Part shown: piece after piece, positions 37,529 to 47,818 of the stretch | How positions within the stretch are numbered: position 1 is the stretch's first letter | Layout: every line of letters begins with the position of its first letter | Assembly: GCA_048939015.1 (NCBI GenBank) | Contig: JBHLPW010000039.1 | Coordinates: 1-52,005, forward strand | Reading direction: 5' to 3' | Length of the DNA: 52,005 bases | Origin: Promethearchaeota archaeon | Lineage (GTDB): Archaea; Asgardarchaeota; Lokiarchaeia; Sigyniarchaeales; SOKP01 | The notes under the pieces: model-generated | Told to the model about the DNA's origin: nothing | Seen by the model: only the letters and a program-made list of their open reading frames with translations | Databases searched by the model: none | Position numbers and translations under genes: made by a program

Positions 37529-38323
37529 TTATTCATCATTAGTATCGTCTATTTTAGATTCATCCTCAGAGACTTTACTATTTGTTTGAGTTCTACTAGA
37601 GGTTTGAGCTAGTTTTTTTACGTTAATTCTTTCAGATCTTTTAATTTCTGATTTTCTGGATCTCTTAACCTCCACTTCCACAATCTCGAATTCATCATCG
37701 GGAATTTCCTTATCTATCCCTCCTTCGGGAATTGAAATTAACTTACTCTTGATAATCACAGAATTAGATAATGGATATATAGTTTTTGCAACTCTTTGAA
37801 TTTGGTTTTGGAACTCACCAAAAACTATTCCTGCAATGAATTTCTCATGGTTCAGACTTTTAGCGAACTCTCTCAATATCTCTCTCATAATTTTCCGAAT
37901 CAATATCTGCTGGCTACTTCTAGCCCGTTTTATAGTGGTGCATAAAATTGTAAGCCGAAAAATATAATTGTCTTTTGTAGTTAAATTAATAATTGTTTGT
38001 ATTTTAGTACTTCCTCTTCCAATCAAGGATCTAACAAAATCATTAGTATAACTATGACCTTGAAATACAGTATTGCACTTTCTTGCTTCTTCATTAACGT
38101 CCGTGATTTGAAATTTTAACTTTAAACTGATATCCGAATATTTTCCTGTAAAATCATATAATAATGCCTCTAAGGTCCTTCCCATCAAAGTATCCTCCAT
38201 ACCAATTATTTCTCCAATTGGTTTGAAATTAAAGCTCTTGCTCGTTACTACTGTGTACCAATTTTTATCTTTAAAAGTTACCTTCTTAACTTTTGGTTTC
38301 TTTTTTTTAGCTCTTGAACTCAC
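37529..38323 (-). CDS. rps3ae: 30S ribosomal protein eS1 (S3Ae)
   Basis: KNWYTV, GRTLEALLYD, DFVRSLIGRG, IRKIM, KTIYPL; downstream of uS15. Confidence 0.93.
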   Translation of the reverse strand: MSSRAKKKKPKVKKVTFKDKNWYTVVTSKSFNFKPIGEIIGMEDTLMGRTLEALLYDFTGKYSDISLKLKFQITDVNEEARKCNTVFQGHSYTNDFVRSLIGRGSTKIQTIINLTTKDNYIFRLTILCTTIKRARSSQQILIRKIMREILREFAKSLNHEKFIAGIVFGEFQNQIQRVAKTIYPLSNSVIIKSKLISIPEGGIDKEIPDDEFEIVEVEVKRSRKSEIKRSERINVKKLAQTSSRTQTNSKVSEDESKIDDTNDE

Positions 38324-38337
38324 TTTGCATCCTCCAT

Positions 38338-38796
38338 TTATCTCGCTACAAGCGTTCTAATTTTTTCTACATCGTATTTGAAATCAGATGCTAAAATTTT
38401 CTTCTTTTTATAATATTTTATTAATCGGTATATCTTACTCTCAGTTCGATTTAAGCCTTTTCGGGCTTCAAGGTCTTTATGATTTGTTTCTAGATGTTTT
38501 CTTATACTTAAAGCCTTTCTAACTAAATTAGCCAATTCTTCCGGTAAAATCGTTTCAATATCGTTTTCTTCTAGAATTTGACTAACTTTTTTACCAGTTA
38601 CGACTTTAACTAATGGTACACCTCTAGAATCTCTCATTTTAGTACCGATCATTGATTTTGAGTGTCCTTTTCTTGCAAGTTTAACAACTTCACTTTCAAC
38701 TTCCTCAGGTGAGAGTTCTATCCATACTGGTTTTTCCAATCTAGCAGGTCTAGTGGACCCACTGCGTCCCTTTTTTCTGCTATGCATCCGAGCCAT
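38338..38796 (-). CDS. rps15: 30S ribosomal protein uS15 (S15/S13e)
   Basis: MARMHSRKKGRSGSTRP, IGTKMRDSRG, ESKIYRLIKYYK. Confidence 0.97.
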   Translation of the reverse strand: MARMHSRKKGRSGSTRPARLEKPVWIELSPEEVESEVVKLARKGHSKSMIGTKMRDSRGVPLVKVVTGKKVSQILEENDIETILPEELANLVRKALSIRKHLETNHKDLEARKGLNRTESKIYRLIKYYKKKKILASDFKYDVEKIRTLVAR

Positions 38797-38978
38797 TTTC
38801 TCTATACTTCTCCTGTACTTTATAGATGATAACTGAGATTTAAAATATTAAGTTATAAAATATTTAAAGAAGTATACAAAATAAAATTTTGGAATTTTAA
38901 AGCTATAAATAAGAACTACTTCAAATATTTCTATATTCTATGGGTTTTGATTATTAACTATTTTTAACTATAATTATT

Positions 38979-39563
38979 ATGAAGAAAGAAGAAAATTTGA
39001 TCTATTTTGTCACAGGAAATATAAATAAATTTAATGAGATTTCGGATCTTTTCTCAAAAGCAAATATGAGGTATACATTACACCACAAGGATATAAAAAC
39101 TTTAGAAATTCAAGCAAATAACATAAAAGAAGTAGCTTTATATAAATTAAATAGTATAAAGGGACAAATTGAAGGATCTTATTTTATAGAAGATGCCGGA
39201 TTTTTTGTCGATTCACCCCTTAATGGATTCCCAGGTGTTTATTCCTCTTATGTGATGAAAACGATTGGGAATAAAGGATTGTTGAGATTAATAGATGATT
39301 TTGAGAAAACAAAAGCTCATTTTACTTCAATAATTGCATTTTATTTAGCACCTCTTGAAAAAGAATACTATTTTGAAGGAAATGTTTATGGAAAAGTGTC
39401 AAAAAAGCTAAGAGGCTCAGGTGGTTTTGGATTTGATCCAATATTTCTTCCTGATATTATTCCAAATAAGACATTTGCTGAATTGTCAACAGATGAAAAA
39501 AATAAAATTTCTCATAGAGGAAAAGCATGGAATGAATTTATTAATTTTTTAGAAAAATTATAG
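38979..39563 (+). CDS. rdgB: non-canonical purine NTP pyrophosphatase (HAM1/RdgB)
   Basis: TGNINK, EDAG, GFPGVYS, GFGFDPIF, KNKISHRG. Confidence 0.95.
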   Translation: MKKEENLIYFVTGNINKFNEISDLFSKANMRYTLHHKDIKTLEIQANNIKEVALYKLNSIKGQIEGSYFIEDAGFFVDSPLNGFPGVYSSYVMKTIGNKGLLRLIDDFEKTKAHFTSIIAFYLAPLEKEYYFEGNVYGKVSKKLRGSGGFGFDPIFLPDIIPNKTFAELSTDEKNKISHRGKAWNEFINFLEKL

Positions 39564-39594
39564 ATATAACATTTCTTTTAATTTTGAACTATAG

Positions 39595-40587
39595 ATGAAT
39601 AAAATGAGAAAAATAATAAAATGGGGCATTTTAGGTTGTGGAAGGATAGCACATAAGTTTGCTGAAGGGTTAAAAGTACTCTCTGAAGCAAAATTGGACG
39701 CGGTTGCTTCTAAAACAGAAGGAAAAGCAGAAGATCTTGGAAAAATGTTTGGTGTGAAAAATATATATAATAATTATGAAGAATTAGTGAGAAATCCTGC
39801 TATAAATGTTATTTATATAGCGACAACTCATAATTTCCATTATAAAAACACATTACTCTGTTTAGAACATGGAAAACCTGTTCTCTGTGAAAAACCTATA
39901 ACACTAAATGCAAATCAAGCTAAAGACTTAATTAAGATAGCTCGTAACAACAACTTATTTTTAATGGAAGCAATGTGGACAAGATTTTTACCTTGTATTA
40001 TTAAATTAAATGAAATTATAGATCAGGATATAATCGGAGAAATCAAACATATTACAGCTGATTTTGGAATAAATCACGAATTTGATCCTAAAGCACGTGC
40101 ATTTAATCCTGAACTTGGAGGTGGTGCATTACTTGATCTCGGAATTTACCCAATCAATTTCGCAAGAATGGTTTATAAACGATCTCCTTTCAAAATAAAA
40201 AGTATTGCGGATATTGGAATAACAAAAGTCGATGAAAGATCTTGTTATTTATTCAAATATGAAAATGGACAAACTGCCATGCTCTCTTCTTCATATAGGT
40301 TACTTATGAAACATAATGCATTCATTTTTGGAACTAAAGGATACCTAAAAATTCCTGATTTTTACCATCCAACTAAAATTGTCTTAAAATTAGAAGGAAA
40401 ACCGAAAAAAATCTTTAGAGTCCCATTTAAGTCTACAGGGTATAATTACGAAGCAATAGAAGTGATGAAATGTTTAAACTCTAATCAAATTGAAAGTACA
40501 ATTATGCCATTAAATGAAACTTTAGAGATAATGAAAACTATGGACATAATACGTTCTCAGTGGAATCTTAAATATCCTGGAGAATAA
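39595..40587 (+). CDS. Gfo/Idh/MocA oxidoreductase
   Basis: WGILGCGRIA, VLCEKP, MEAMWTRF, GGGALLDLGIY. Confidence 0.93.
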   Translation: MNKMRKIIKWGILGCGRIAHKFAEGLKVLSEAKLDAVASKTEGKAEDLGKMFGVKNIYNNYEELVRNPAINVIYIATTHNFHYKNTLLCLEHGKPVLCEKPITLNANQAKDLIKIARNNNLFLMEAMWTRFLPCIIKLNEIIDQDIIGEIKHITADFGINHEFDPKARAFNPELGGGALLDLGIYPINFARMVYKRSPFKIKSIADIGITKVDERSCYLFKYENGQTAMLSSSYRLLMKHNAFIFGTKGYLKIPDFYHPTKIVLKLEGKPKKIFRVPFKSTGYNYEAIEVMKCLNSNQIESTIMPLNETLEIMKTMDIIRSQWNLKYPGE

Positions 40588-40612
40588 TTAATTAAAATGA
40601 GAGGATATCAAA

Positions 40613-41002
40613 TTGAAAATTGAACATATTGCAATTTGGGTAAGGAATTTAGAAAAAATGAGAATTTTTTATGAAAAATATTTTGGTGTGAAATCGAATA
40701 AAATTTACTTTAATAAAGACAGAAATTTCTCATCATATTTTTTAACATTTGAGGGTACAACTAGATTGGAATTGATGCAGAGATCATTAATTCCAAAGTC
40801 TCTAAATAATCCTTATACGCAGCACATAGGTTTAATTCATCTGGCGATTTCCGTTGGATCTGAGGATAAAGTGATTTCTCTAACTAATCGTTTAGCTGGT
40901 GATGGCTATGAAGTATTAGATGAGCCAAGATATACGGGGGATGGTTATTTTGAAAGTATAGTATTGGATCCTGAAAAAAATCGAATTGAAATTACTGTTT
41001 GA
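40613..41002 (+). CDS. VOC/glyoxalase family protein
   Basis: IEHIAIWV, RLELM, HLAISVG, DPEKNRIEI. Confidence 0.92.
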   Translation: MKIEHIAIWVRNLEKMRIFYEKYFGVKSNKIYFNKDRNFSSYFLTFEGTTRLELMQRSLIPKSLNNPYTQHIGLIHLAISVGSEDKVISLTNRLAGDGYEVLDEPRYTGDGYFESIVLDPEKNRIEITV

Positions 41003-42110
41003 TAAGATAGTATAAATTTTCTTTAGTTTCCCTATCAAATAAATGAATTTTTTCGTTATTAAAAGTTAGATATACTTTATCTCCAATTTTAAAATTTTCG
41101 ATTTTTGTAGTAACACAAATTATCAAATTTCCATCTACATCTAAATGAATTTCAAATTCTCTTCCCATTGGTTCTATAATATCAATAATTGCCGTTGCTG
41201 AATTATTTGATACTTCTGCTGAGATTAAAACATTTTCTGGTCGAACTCCTAATATTAATTTCCTCAAATTCTTATCATTTAATTTGAGAAAATGATTTGG
41301 TAATAAATATTTCATGAAACCTAAATTTAAATACAAATTTCCATTCTCCCTTTTTAGATCACCCTCCAACATATTCATTGGCGGACTACCAATAAATCCC
41401 GCAACAAATATGTTTTTTGGAAAGTTATAAATTACATTTGGTTTATCTACTTGTTCTATTTTCCCTTTATTTAAAATCGCGATCGTACTTCCCATAGACA
41501 TCGCTTCAATTTGGTCATGAGTTACATAGATAGTTGTGATACCTAACCTCTTATGTAATCTTTTAAGTTCAGCTCTAGCAAAAACTCTTAATTTGGCATC
41601 AAGATTAGAAAGAGGTTCATCCATCAAAAACACATTAGGTTCTCTTACAATCGCTCTTGCTAATGCAACTCTTTGCCGTTGACCACCACTAAGTTGTTTT
41701 GGTTTCCTCTCTAAAAGATCTTCTATTTCAAGACTTTTTGCAGTTTCGACTACTTTTTTTTCAATTTTTTCCTTACTTTCATTTTGGATTTGTAAGGGAA
41801 AGGCAATATTCTTAAAAACAGTCATATGGGGATAGATAGCATAGTCTTGAAAGACCATAGCGATATTTCTCTCTTGGGGTCTTTCAATGTATTTCTTATC
41901 AGCAGAAGTAACAAGTTTATCCCCAAACCATATTTCCCCTTCTTCAGGTTTAATTAATCCTGCGATACTAAGAAGTGTTGTTGACTTTCCACACCCAGAG
42001 GGGCCAAGTAATATAAAAAGTTCACCATCTTTTATATCAAGATTAATTTTATTCAGAGCATAAACATCCCCATATTTTTTTACTAAATTTCTTATTTTAA
42101 CATTCGTCAT
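40992..42110 (-). CDS. sugar ABC transporter ATP-binding subunit (MalK-like)
   Basis: GPSGCGKST, LSGGQRQR, MDEPLSNLDAKLR, VAGFIGSPPMN. Confidence 0.96.
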   Translation of the reverse strand: MTNVKIRNLVKKYGDVYALNKINLDIKDGELFILLGPSGCGKSTTLLSIAGLIKPEEGEIWFGDKLVTSADKKYIERPQERNIAMVFQDYAIYPHMTVFKNIAFPLQIQNESKEKIEKKVVETAKSLEIEDLLERKPKQLSGGQRQRVALARAIVREPNVFLMDEPLSNLDAKLRVFARAELKRLHKRLGITTIYVTHDQIEAMSMGSTIAILNKGKIEQVDKPNVIYNFPKNIFVAGFIGSPPMNMLEGDLKRENGNLYLNLGFMKYLLPNHFLKLNDKNLRKLILGVRPENVLISAEVSNNSATAIIDIIEPMGREFEIHLDVDGNLIICVTTKIENFKIGDKVYLTFNNEKIHLFDRETKENLYYLIKQ

Positions 42111-42122
42111 ATTATTATACCT

Positions 42123-43040
42123 CTAACCTTTTATGGCTCCCGCCATTAATCCTTGCATTAAATATTTACCTAACAAAACGAAAATCAGTAGAATAGGTAT
42201 AGAATACAAAAATGAACCTGCCATTGTATTATTCCATGCAGTTTCTGTACTTCCCGCCATATTGGATAAAGCAAATGATGCAGGTTCAAAATTTGTTCCA
42301 GTTAGTATCAAAGCAAAGAGATAATCATTCCATATACTAGTAAACTGGAATACAGCCGCGACGATAAATGGTAAAGGAGATAATGGTAAAATAAGACGCC
42401 TATATATCGTCATTACCCCCGCTCCATCAGTTTTTGCTGCATTTATTAAACTTTCTGGAATTGATTCATAGTAACTTCTAAAGAGAAGTGTTGTCATAGG
42501 AATTCCGTAAACAGTATGTACTAAAATCATAGCCCATACTGAGTCATAGATACCCAAATTTCTTATAGTAATAAAAAGAGGAATTATAATTGATTGATAC
42601 GGAAGAAAAATTCCTATAGTAAGAAGAAGAAATATTATGTTTGAACCTTTGAATTTTAACTTAGTTAATACGAAACCACATATAGAACCCAATAAACAAG
42701 ATAATAAAGTTGCTGCAGAAGTAAATAGAGCTGAATTAAGTAAAGAATGTTTTAATTCTTGCCAAGCTACATAAAAAGGATCAAATGTTGGATTTGATGG
42801 TGGTGCAAGTGGAGATGTTATTGATAAATCTGCTTGAGTCTTGATTGCAGACATAATGCCTGACCAAAGTGGTAATAACGAGATAATTACAGTAATTATC
42901 AAAATAGCATATAATATAGCACGTTTTATTATTTTCTTTGCTTTTGATAGAACTAATCCTTGTGTACTGTAAATATTTACATATTTATTCTCATCAGTTA
43001 AATCTAAATTTTCTAAGTAGTTTTCTTCTTGTGAATTCAT
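42123..43040 (-). CDS. carbohydrate ABC transporter permease (MalG-like)
   Basis: EAA-loop variant IPESLINAAKTDGAG; WNDYL. Confidence 0.93.
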   Translation of the reverse strand: MNSQEENYLENLDLTDENKYVNIYSTQGLVLSKAKKIIKRAILYAILIITVIISLLPLWSGIMSAIKTQADLSITSPLAPPSNPTFDPFYVAWQELKHSLLNSALFTSAATLLSCLLGSICGFVLTKLKFKGSNIIFLLLTIGIFLPYQSIIIPLFITIRNLGIYDSVWAMILVHTVYGIPMTTLLFRSYYESIPESLINAAKTDGAGVMTIYRRLILPLSPLPFIVAAVFQFTSIWNDYLFALILTGTNFEPASFALSNMAGSTETAWNNTMAGSFLYSIPILLIFVLLGKYLMQGLMAGAIKG

Positions 43041-43043
43041 TAC

Positions 43044-44003
43044 TTATTTCCTCTTTCTATATGTTATATAAAGATAAGGAACTACAATTAACAATACTAT
43101 CAATAGCAATGTCGTAGCAATAGCAGCACTATATGCAAACTGATTAGCTTTAAAAGCGATTCTATATATCATAATTGGTAAAATTGTAGTTGCCCAACCG
43201 GGACCTCCTTCATCAGTCAATATCCAAATAAAATCAAATGCTTTTAATGCAAATATCATAAGAATAACAAAAGCAGTAAAAGTTGATGTTTTAATTTGTG
43301 GGATAATAACACGTGTGTAAAGCTTAAAACCAGACGCCCCATCTATTTGAGCGGCCATAACATGGGATTGTGGGACAGATCTTATTGCTGCTAAAAAAAT
43401 CAGCATTACATAACCAGAAAATTGCCATACTAAAGCAAAAGAAACACTGAAAATTGCAATATTTGGATCACTTATCCAAGCTCTTTGCAAGAATCCAAGG
43501 CCAAAAAGATCTAATACAGTATTTATAACTCCATGCTCAATAAACATCCATTGCCATAAATAAGCAGTTACTATGAATGAAAGAGCATAAGGGAATAAGT
43601 AAATCGTTCTAAATACACCTTCTGTCCTAACTTTTTGATCTAAAAGTATTGCTAAGACCAGACCAATAATAATACTAGAAGGTATAAACACAATCATAAA
43701 TATAAGATTATTTCTTAAAGCTATCCAAAATATTGGATCATTAACCATCCTGAAATAATTTTCAAACCCTATAAACCCAGAAGTCTGGATTAATCCCTCC
43801 CAATCAGTAAATGAGAAAAAAATATTCCAGAAAATAAAATAATATACAAAATATGCTACAAGTGCACAACAAATAATGAAAATGAACCGAATAACTAATT
43901 TATCTCTTGCAAATATTTCCTTCACTAATTCTTTTGAAATTTTACCTTTTTTTTTCGCTTTAAGGTCTTGATTTATATCTAAATCCTCATGTACTTGTTC
44001 CAA
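43044..44003 (-). CDS. carbohydrate ABC transporter permease (MalF-like)
   Basis: GFENY, FRTIYLFP, EAA-loop variant VMAAQIDGAS. Confidence 0.93.
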   Translation of the reverse strand: MEQVHEDLDINQDLKAKKKGKISKELVKEIFARDKLVIRFIFIICCALVAYFVYYFIFWNIFFSFTDWEGLIQTSGFIGFENYFRMVNDPIFWIALRNNLIFMIVFIPSSIIIGLVLAILLDQKVRTEGVFRTIYLFPYALSFIVTAYLWQWMFIEHGVINTVLDLFGLGFLQRAWISDPNIAIFSVSFALVWQFSGYVMLIFLAAIRSVPQSHVMAAQIDGASGFKLYTRVIIPQIKTSTFTAFVILMIFALKAFDFIWILTDEGGPGWATTILPIMIYRIAFKANQFAYSAAIATTLLLIVLLIVVPYLYITYRKRK

Positions 44004-44095
44004 TTCAACACCCTAATATTTATTAATTAAAATTTAATCATAAGGAATACTATAAAAAAAAAAAATTAATTTTTAAAATTTATTTAATTCTACAT

Positions 44096-45469
44096 TTAAT
44101 CTAAACTCCATACTCTTGTAAAATCACTAGCATGTGTAACGGCTAAAGCAGCTATAGCCGTGGCAGTTCCAGAAGCTGTAGCTGAACCTGCAGTTAATGC
44201 ACCGATCAATGGAATAAAATCTGAATTAAAAGCTTCAGGTGCACCACTACCATGAACTACACTTGGAAACATATATGAAGTAGCTGATGCGTCAATTGCA
44301 TTAAAGTCTGCTATAGCAGATTGTTGATAAGCCCCATATTTAGATATATTTGCATCAGTTCGTGCGGATATTGATCCTTTTAGAGGATTAAAGGCATCTT
44401 GTCCTGCATTTGAAGCAACCACTCCTAACCATCGGTCTACATTAGTAGGATGAGGTATATTTTTTGGTTTTTCAAAACAATCTACTACTAGCCCATACAT
44501 ATTCGCTGTTCCTGGAACTCCGATAGTTGTATAATTAGTACCGTGGTCCCATCCTGCTTGGAAAAATTCTCCGTTTGCCCAATCCCCCATTATTGCAAAC
44601 GCAGCAGTTGGTGTAGCGGCAGTTAATTTTGCTATAGCACTATCCCATGATAACGCTGCCCAATCAGAGTTAATATAATCTGTAAGGTTTTCATAAATTT
44701 CACAAGCGGTGAGCAAATCAGCATAATGAGTTGCTGTCCCACTATCAATATCTCCATTTATCCAAGCTTCATAAGCATCAATACCTACACTTGCAAGAAT
44801 TTGTTCAAAAGCATGTGCCGCAGTCCATTGTTCGCCCATTGCGACTGGTGCTGTAATGGTATAGTTTGGGTTGGCTATTATAGCTTCGCAAGCAGCCCAA
44901 AAAGCCGACCAAGAGGTAAGAGTTGCTGGATCTATCCCAGTATCATTAAGTATTTCTAAATTACACCATAATACATTACTTCTATGAATATTAACTGGGA
45001 CAGAGTAGTAATGGCCATCGGGGCCTTTGCTGATATCTTCTATAACATCAGGAACTGCATTTTTTAAGGCGGTCGTCCAGATATGGTCGATATTATTTAA
45101 TAAATTGGCTTCATAAAATATAGTCCACTCATAACCATTATGAATTTGGAACGTATCAGGAGGTTGCCCTGCTAGCATCAATGTTTTAATCTTTACTCTC
45201 ATTTCAAAACCTCCACCGCCTGCTATTTGGACCTCTTGGACAGTTGTATCTGGATATTGTGCTTCAAATACATCTACTAGAGCTGTAATAGCAGCAGCTT
45301 CTCCTCCTGATGTCCACCAGTGGTATATTTCGAGGGCGTCAACCTCTCCTTCAGGAGAGGGGGCTAGAACAACATAAGTTACTCCTGCAGCGACTGCAGC
45401 TGTAGTTATTACAGCAATTAAAACAAAAATTACAGTTTGTTTTTTAGGTTCCATTTTTTTTTTTCCCAT
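44096..45469 (-). CDS. sugar ABC substrate-binding protein (glucose/mannose-binding type), N-terminally anchored
   Basis: LEIYHWWTSGGEA, PPDTFQ, VPVNIHRSN, MGDWANGE, FNPLKGSI, PSVVHG. Confidence 0.9.
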   Translation of the reverse strand: MGKKKMEPKKQTVIFVLIAVITTAAVAAGVTYVVLAPSPEGEVDALEIYHWWTSGGEAAAITALVDVFEAQYPDTTVQEVQIAGGGGFEMRVKIKTLMLAGQPPDTFQIHNGYEWTIFYEANLLNNIDHIWTTALKNAVPDVIEDISKGPDGHYYSVPVNIHRSNVLWCNLEILNDTGIDPATLTSWSAFWAACEAIIANPNYTITAPVAMGEQWTAAHAFEQILASVGIDAYEAWINGDIDSGTATHYADLLTACEIYENLTDYINSDWAALSWDSAIAKLTAATPTAAFAIMGDWANGEFFQAGWDHGTNYTTIGVPGTANMYGLVVDCFEKPKNIPHPTNVDRWLGVVASNAGQDAFNPLKGSISARTDANISKYGAYQQSAIADFNAIDASATSYMFPSVVHGSGAPEAFNSDFIPLIGALTAGSATASGTATAIAALAVTHASDFTRVWSLD

Positions 45470-45664
45470 TTCTAATTATTAATATAAATTGAGATTAATT
45501 TTTCGTTAGATATTTAAAAATATTTATAGCGTTATTAAAGGATATAAGGACTAACTTTTTCCAAAAATTTTAATAATACTAGAAAATATATTCAAAGTTA
45601 GGAAAGCGTCTCAATTTTAAATACTTTCACAACTTAAGACTATTATTTGAACATTTTTTTAAAA

Positions 45665-46375
45665 ATGAAATTTAAAAATATTGTTGGCCCATTAACATTA
45701 GAAAATCCATATGTTCAAAAAATAATTGAAATTGCAAAAGAATTTATTGAAAAAAATAAAGTTTTGAAGGTAAAAAAACTCTATAATATAGCTATAAAGT
45801 CTTTAGACATTTCTTCGGGAGATATATTAGATATTATCCAATTTTTAAATAATAATAAAATTCTAATTGATGGGTCAAAACATACTAGAGATACAATCTT
45901 ATTTAATCTATATAGGAAAAAGATCTATGATGTGGTTCAAAGATTTAACGGTGCGACATTCTCTTTTTTAAGAGAGACAGTTTTTACAAATAATTCTGGT
46001 AGTGCAGGTCAATTAATTTGGCATTTAAAGATGTTATTAAAATTCAAATATATAAAGAAACTTAAAGTTGGAAATTATTCTTTATTCCTTCCTATTGATC
46101 TAGAAGATGATTTTGGAAGATTATGTTTCTTTATGAAGGATGACCTTAATAGAGACATTATAAGATTATTTACAGACAATGATAAGATTAAAAAGCCAAA
46201 TGTATACAAAAAAATTAACTTTAAAAGAGAAAATGTTAATTATAGGTTAAAAATTTTGATGGAGCATCAGATTTTAATCTATAAAGATGAATCCACTAAG
46301 GAGATTTGTATTTCAAAAAAGATGAAAGAATTTCTTCAAAATAATGAAAAAAAAAAAAATTTAAAAGTAAAATAA
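45665..46375 (+). CDS. multi-winged-helix putative DNA-binding regulator (paralog of 2639-3355)
   Basis: LYNIA, IIQFL...KILIDGSK, SGSAGQLIWHLKMLLKF, KVGNY, DFG, VNYR shared with first copy; start placed at ATG45665. Confidence 0.78.
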   Translation: MKFKNIVGPLTLENPYVQKIIEIAKEFIEKNKVLKVKKLYNIAIKSLDISSGDILDIIQFLNNNKILIDGSKHTRDTILFNLYRKKIYDVVQRFNGATFSFLRETVFTNNSGSAGQLIWHLKMLLKFKYIKKLKVGNYSLFLPIDLEDDFGRLCFFMKDDLNRDIIRLFTDNDKIKKPNVYKKINFKRENVNYRLKILMEHQILIYKDESTKEICISKKMKEFLQNNEKKKNLKVK

Positions 46376-46405
46376 ATTAGAAAAAATATAGATAAGGGGA
46401 TAGAT

Positions 46406-47716
46406 ATGAACATACTTATAATTTTAGAACTTGCTTTTTTAATTTCTATAACAATAGTCTTTTTAATAATTACAATAGCAATACAAGTATCTAAAATAAC
46501 GAAAAGATTTCCACTGTTGTTTTATTTAAGGTTAACATCATGGTTTTTAGTCTTATATTTTGTAACCGACATTATTTCTATCGTTTTAGAAAATGGAGCT
46601 TTTGCTCGTATTCATATTATGCTAATATTTCCATTTACATTCTTTTTTATTTTATTTTTTAATAATATGATTAAGGAATCATATTATACGATTGGTTTTA
46701 TTTTATCTTGCTGTTTAGGTTTTTTACTTATTTTTTTGGGAACCCAACCTAACGCTGTCATACAAGTGATGGAACAAGGAGTTAAAAAATATATACCTAG
46801 TGGACTCTTTAGTATTATAAATACCATGTTTTATCTATTATTCATAGTTTATTTAGTGTTTTGGGGAACTAAAACATGGTTAAGTAGTCCATTTTATTTT
46901 AAGAAAAAAACTTTAGTATGTTTTATTGGAACCATTTTGTTTGTCGGAGGTTTTATATTTCATTTTCTTTATTATATAAATCCAATTTTCAATATTTTAA
47001 TGCACTTCTTAAATTTGATAGGTATAATACTTATAACAATAGTGGTCATGAAAGAAGTAAAAGTTATTTACGTTTTGCCTTATACTGTTTATAGAATCTC
47101 AGTAAGAGATAATAATGGTAATCCCCTTTATGATCATGATTGGACAGATATGAATATAAGCGAAACTATTTTTTCGGGATTTCTAAATGCGATTGAGATA
47201 ATGAGTGAGGAAGTAATGCATGTAGGCGGAATCCTTGATATAAATCTAAATGAAGGTATTCTTTTAGTGACTAGATGCGAATATATAACAGTAGGATTAC
47301 TTGCTTCCAAAGCATCCAAATTATTAAGAGATTGTGTTAATAATTTTACAATTGATTTTCAGAATAAATTTAAGAGACTTCTAAAAAAATCTTGTATAGA
47401 TATGAAAGAATATAGATCTGCCTATGAGTTTATAAGTAAATACTTTTCAATTATTCCTTATAATAATATTAAGAATAAGAATCAGCTTATTACTCTTTCA
47501 TATGAATATCATGAAATACCAAAACAGATTGAAGATAATTTTAAGAGTATTTTTGAAAACAAAGATGAATATGAAAATGTTTTAAATGAATTAATTAAAA
47601 CTCCCTGTTCAAAACCTTCGGAATTTTTTGAACTCTATGATGAGTTAAAATTTGAAATCAATGAATTGGAAACAAAAAAGTCAAAGGAACAAGAAGAAAA
47701 GAAATATTTAGAATAA
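46406..47716 (+). CDS. 7-TM membrane protein with C-terminal longin-like domain (paralog of 3382-4701)
   Basis: Seven hydrophobic segments; WGxKTWL, GFLNA, MSEEV, EGIL, SKLLRxCV, KYFS shared with first copy. Confidence 0.78.
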   Translation: MNILIILELAFLISITIVFLIITIAIQVSKITKRFPLLFYLRLTSWFLVLYFVTDIISIVLENGAFARIHIMLIFPFTFFFILFFNNMIKESYYTIGFILSCCLGFLLIFLGTQPNAVIQVMEQGVKKYIPSGLFSIINTMFYLLFIVYLVFWGTKTWLSSPFYFKKKTLVCFIGTILFVGGFIFHFLYYINPIFNILMHFLNLIGIILITIVVMKEVKVIYVLPYTVYRISVRDNNGNPLYDHDWTDMNISETIFSGFLNAIEIMSEEVMHVGGILDINLNEGILLVTRCEYITVGLLASKASKLLRDCVNNFTIDFQNKFKRLLKKSCIDMKEYRSAYEFISKYFSIIPYNNIKNKNQLITLSYEYHEIPKQIEDNFKSIFENKDEYENVLNELIKTPCSKPSEFFELYDELKFEINELETKKSKEQEEKKYLE

Positions 47717-47818
47717 TTGAAAAAAGATTACTTATGATGTAATCAAATTTTTACTTTTTTTATATCAATCTTTTATTAAATCAATTGAAACCTTAAAAAA
47801 TCTAATAAGACATATAGA

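Noticed and set aside
40992-41002. 11-nt convergent overlap of the VOC and ABC ATPase genes (also abutting stops at 14264/14265)
   Set aside because: Ordinary compact gene packing.
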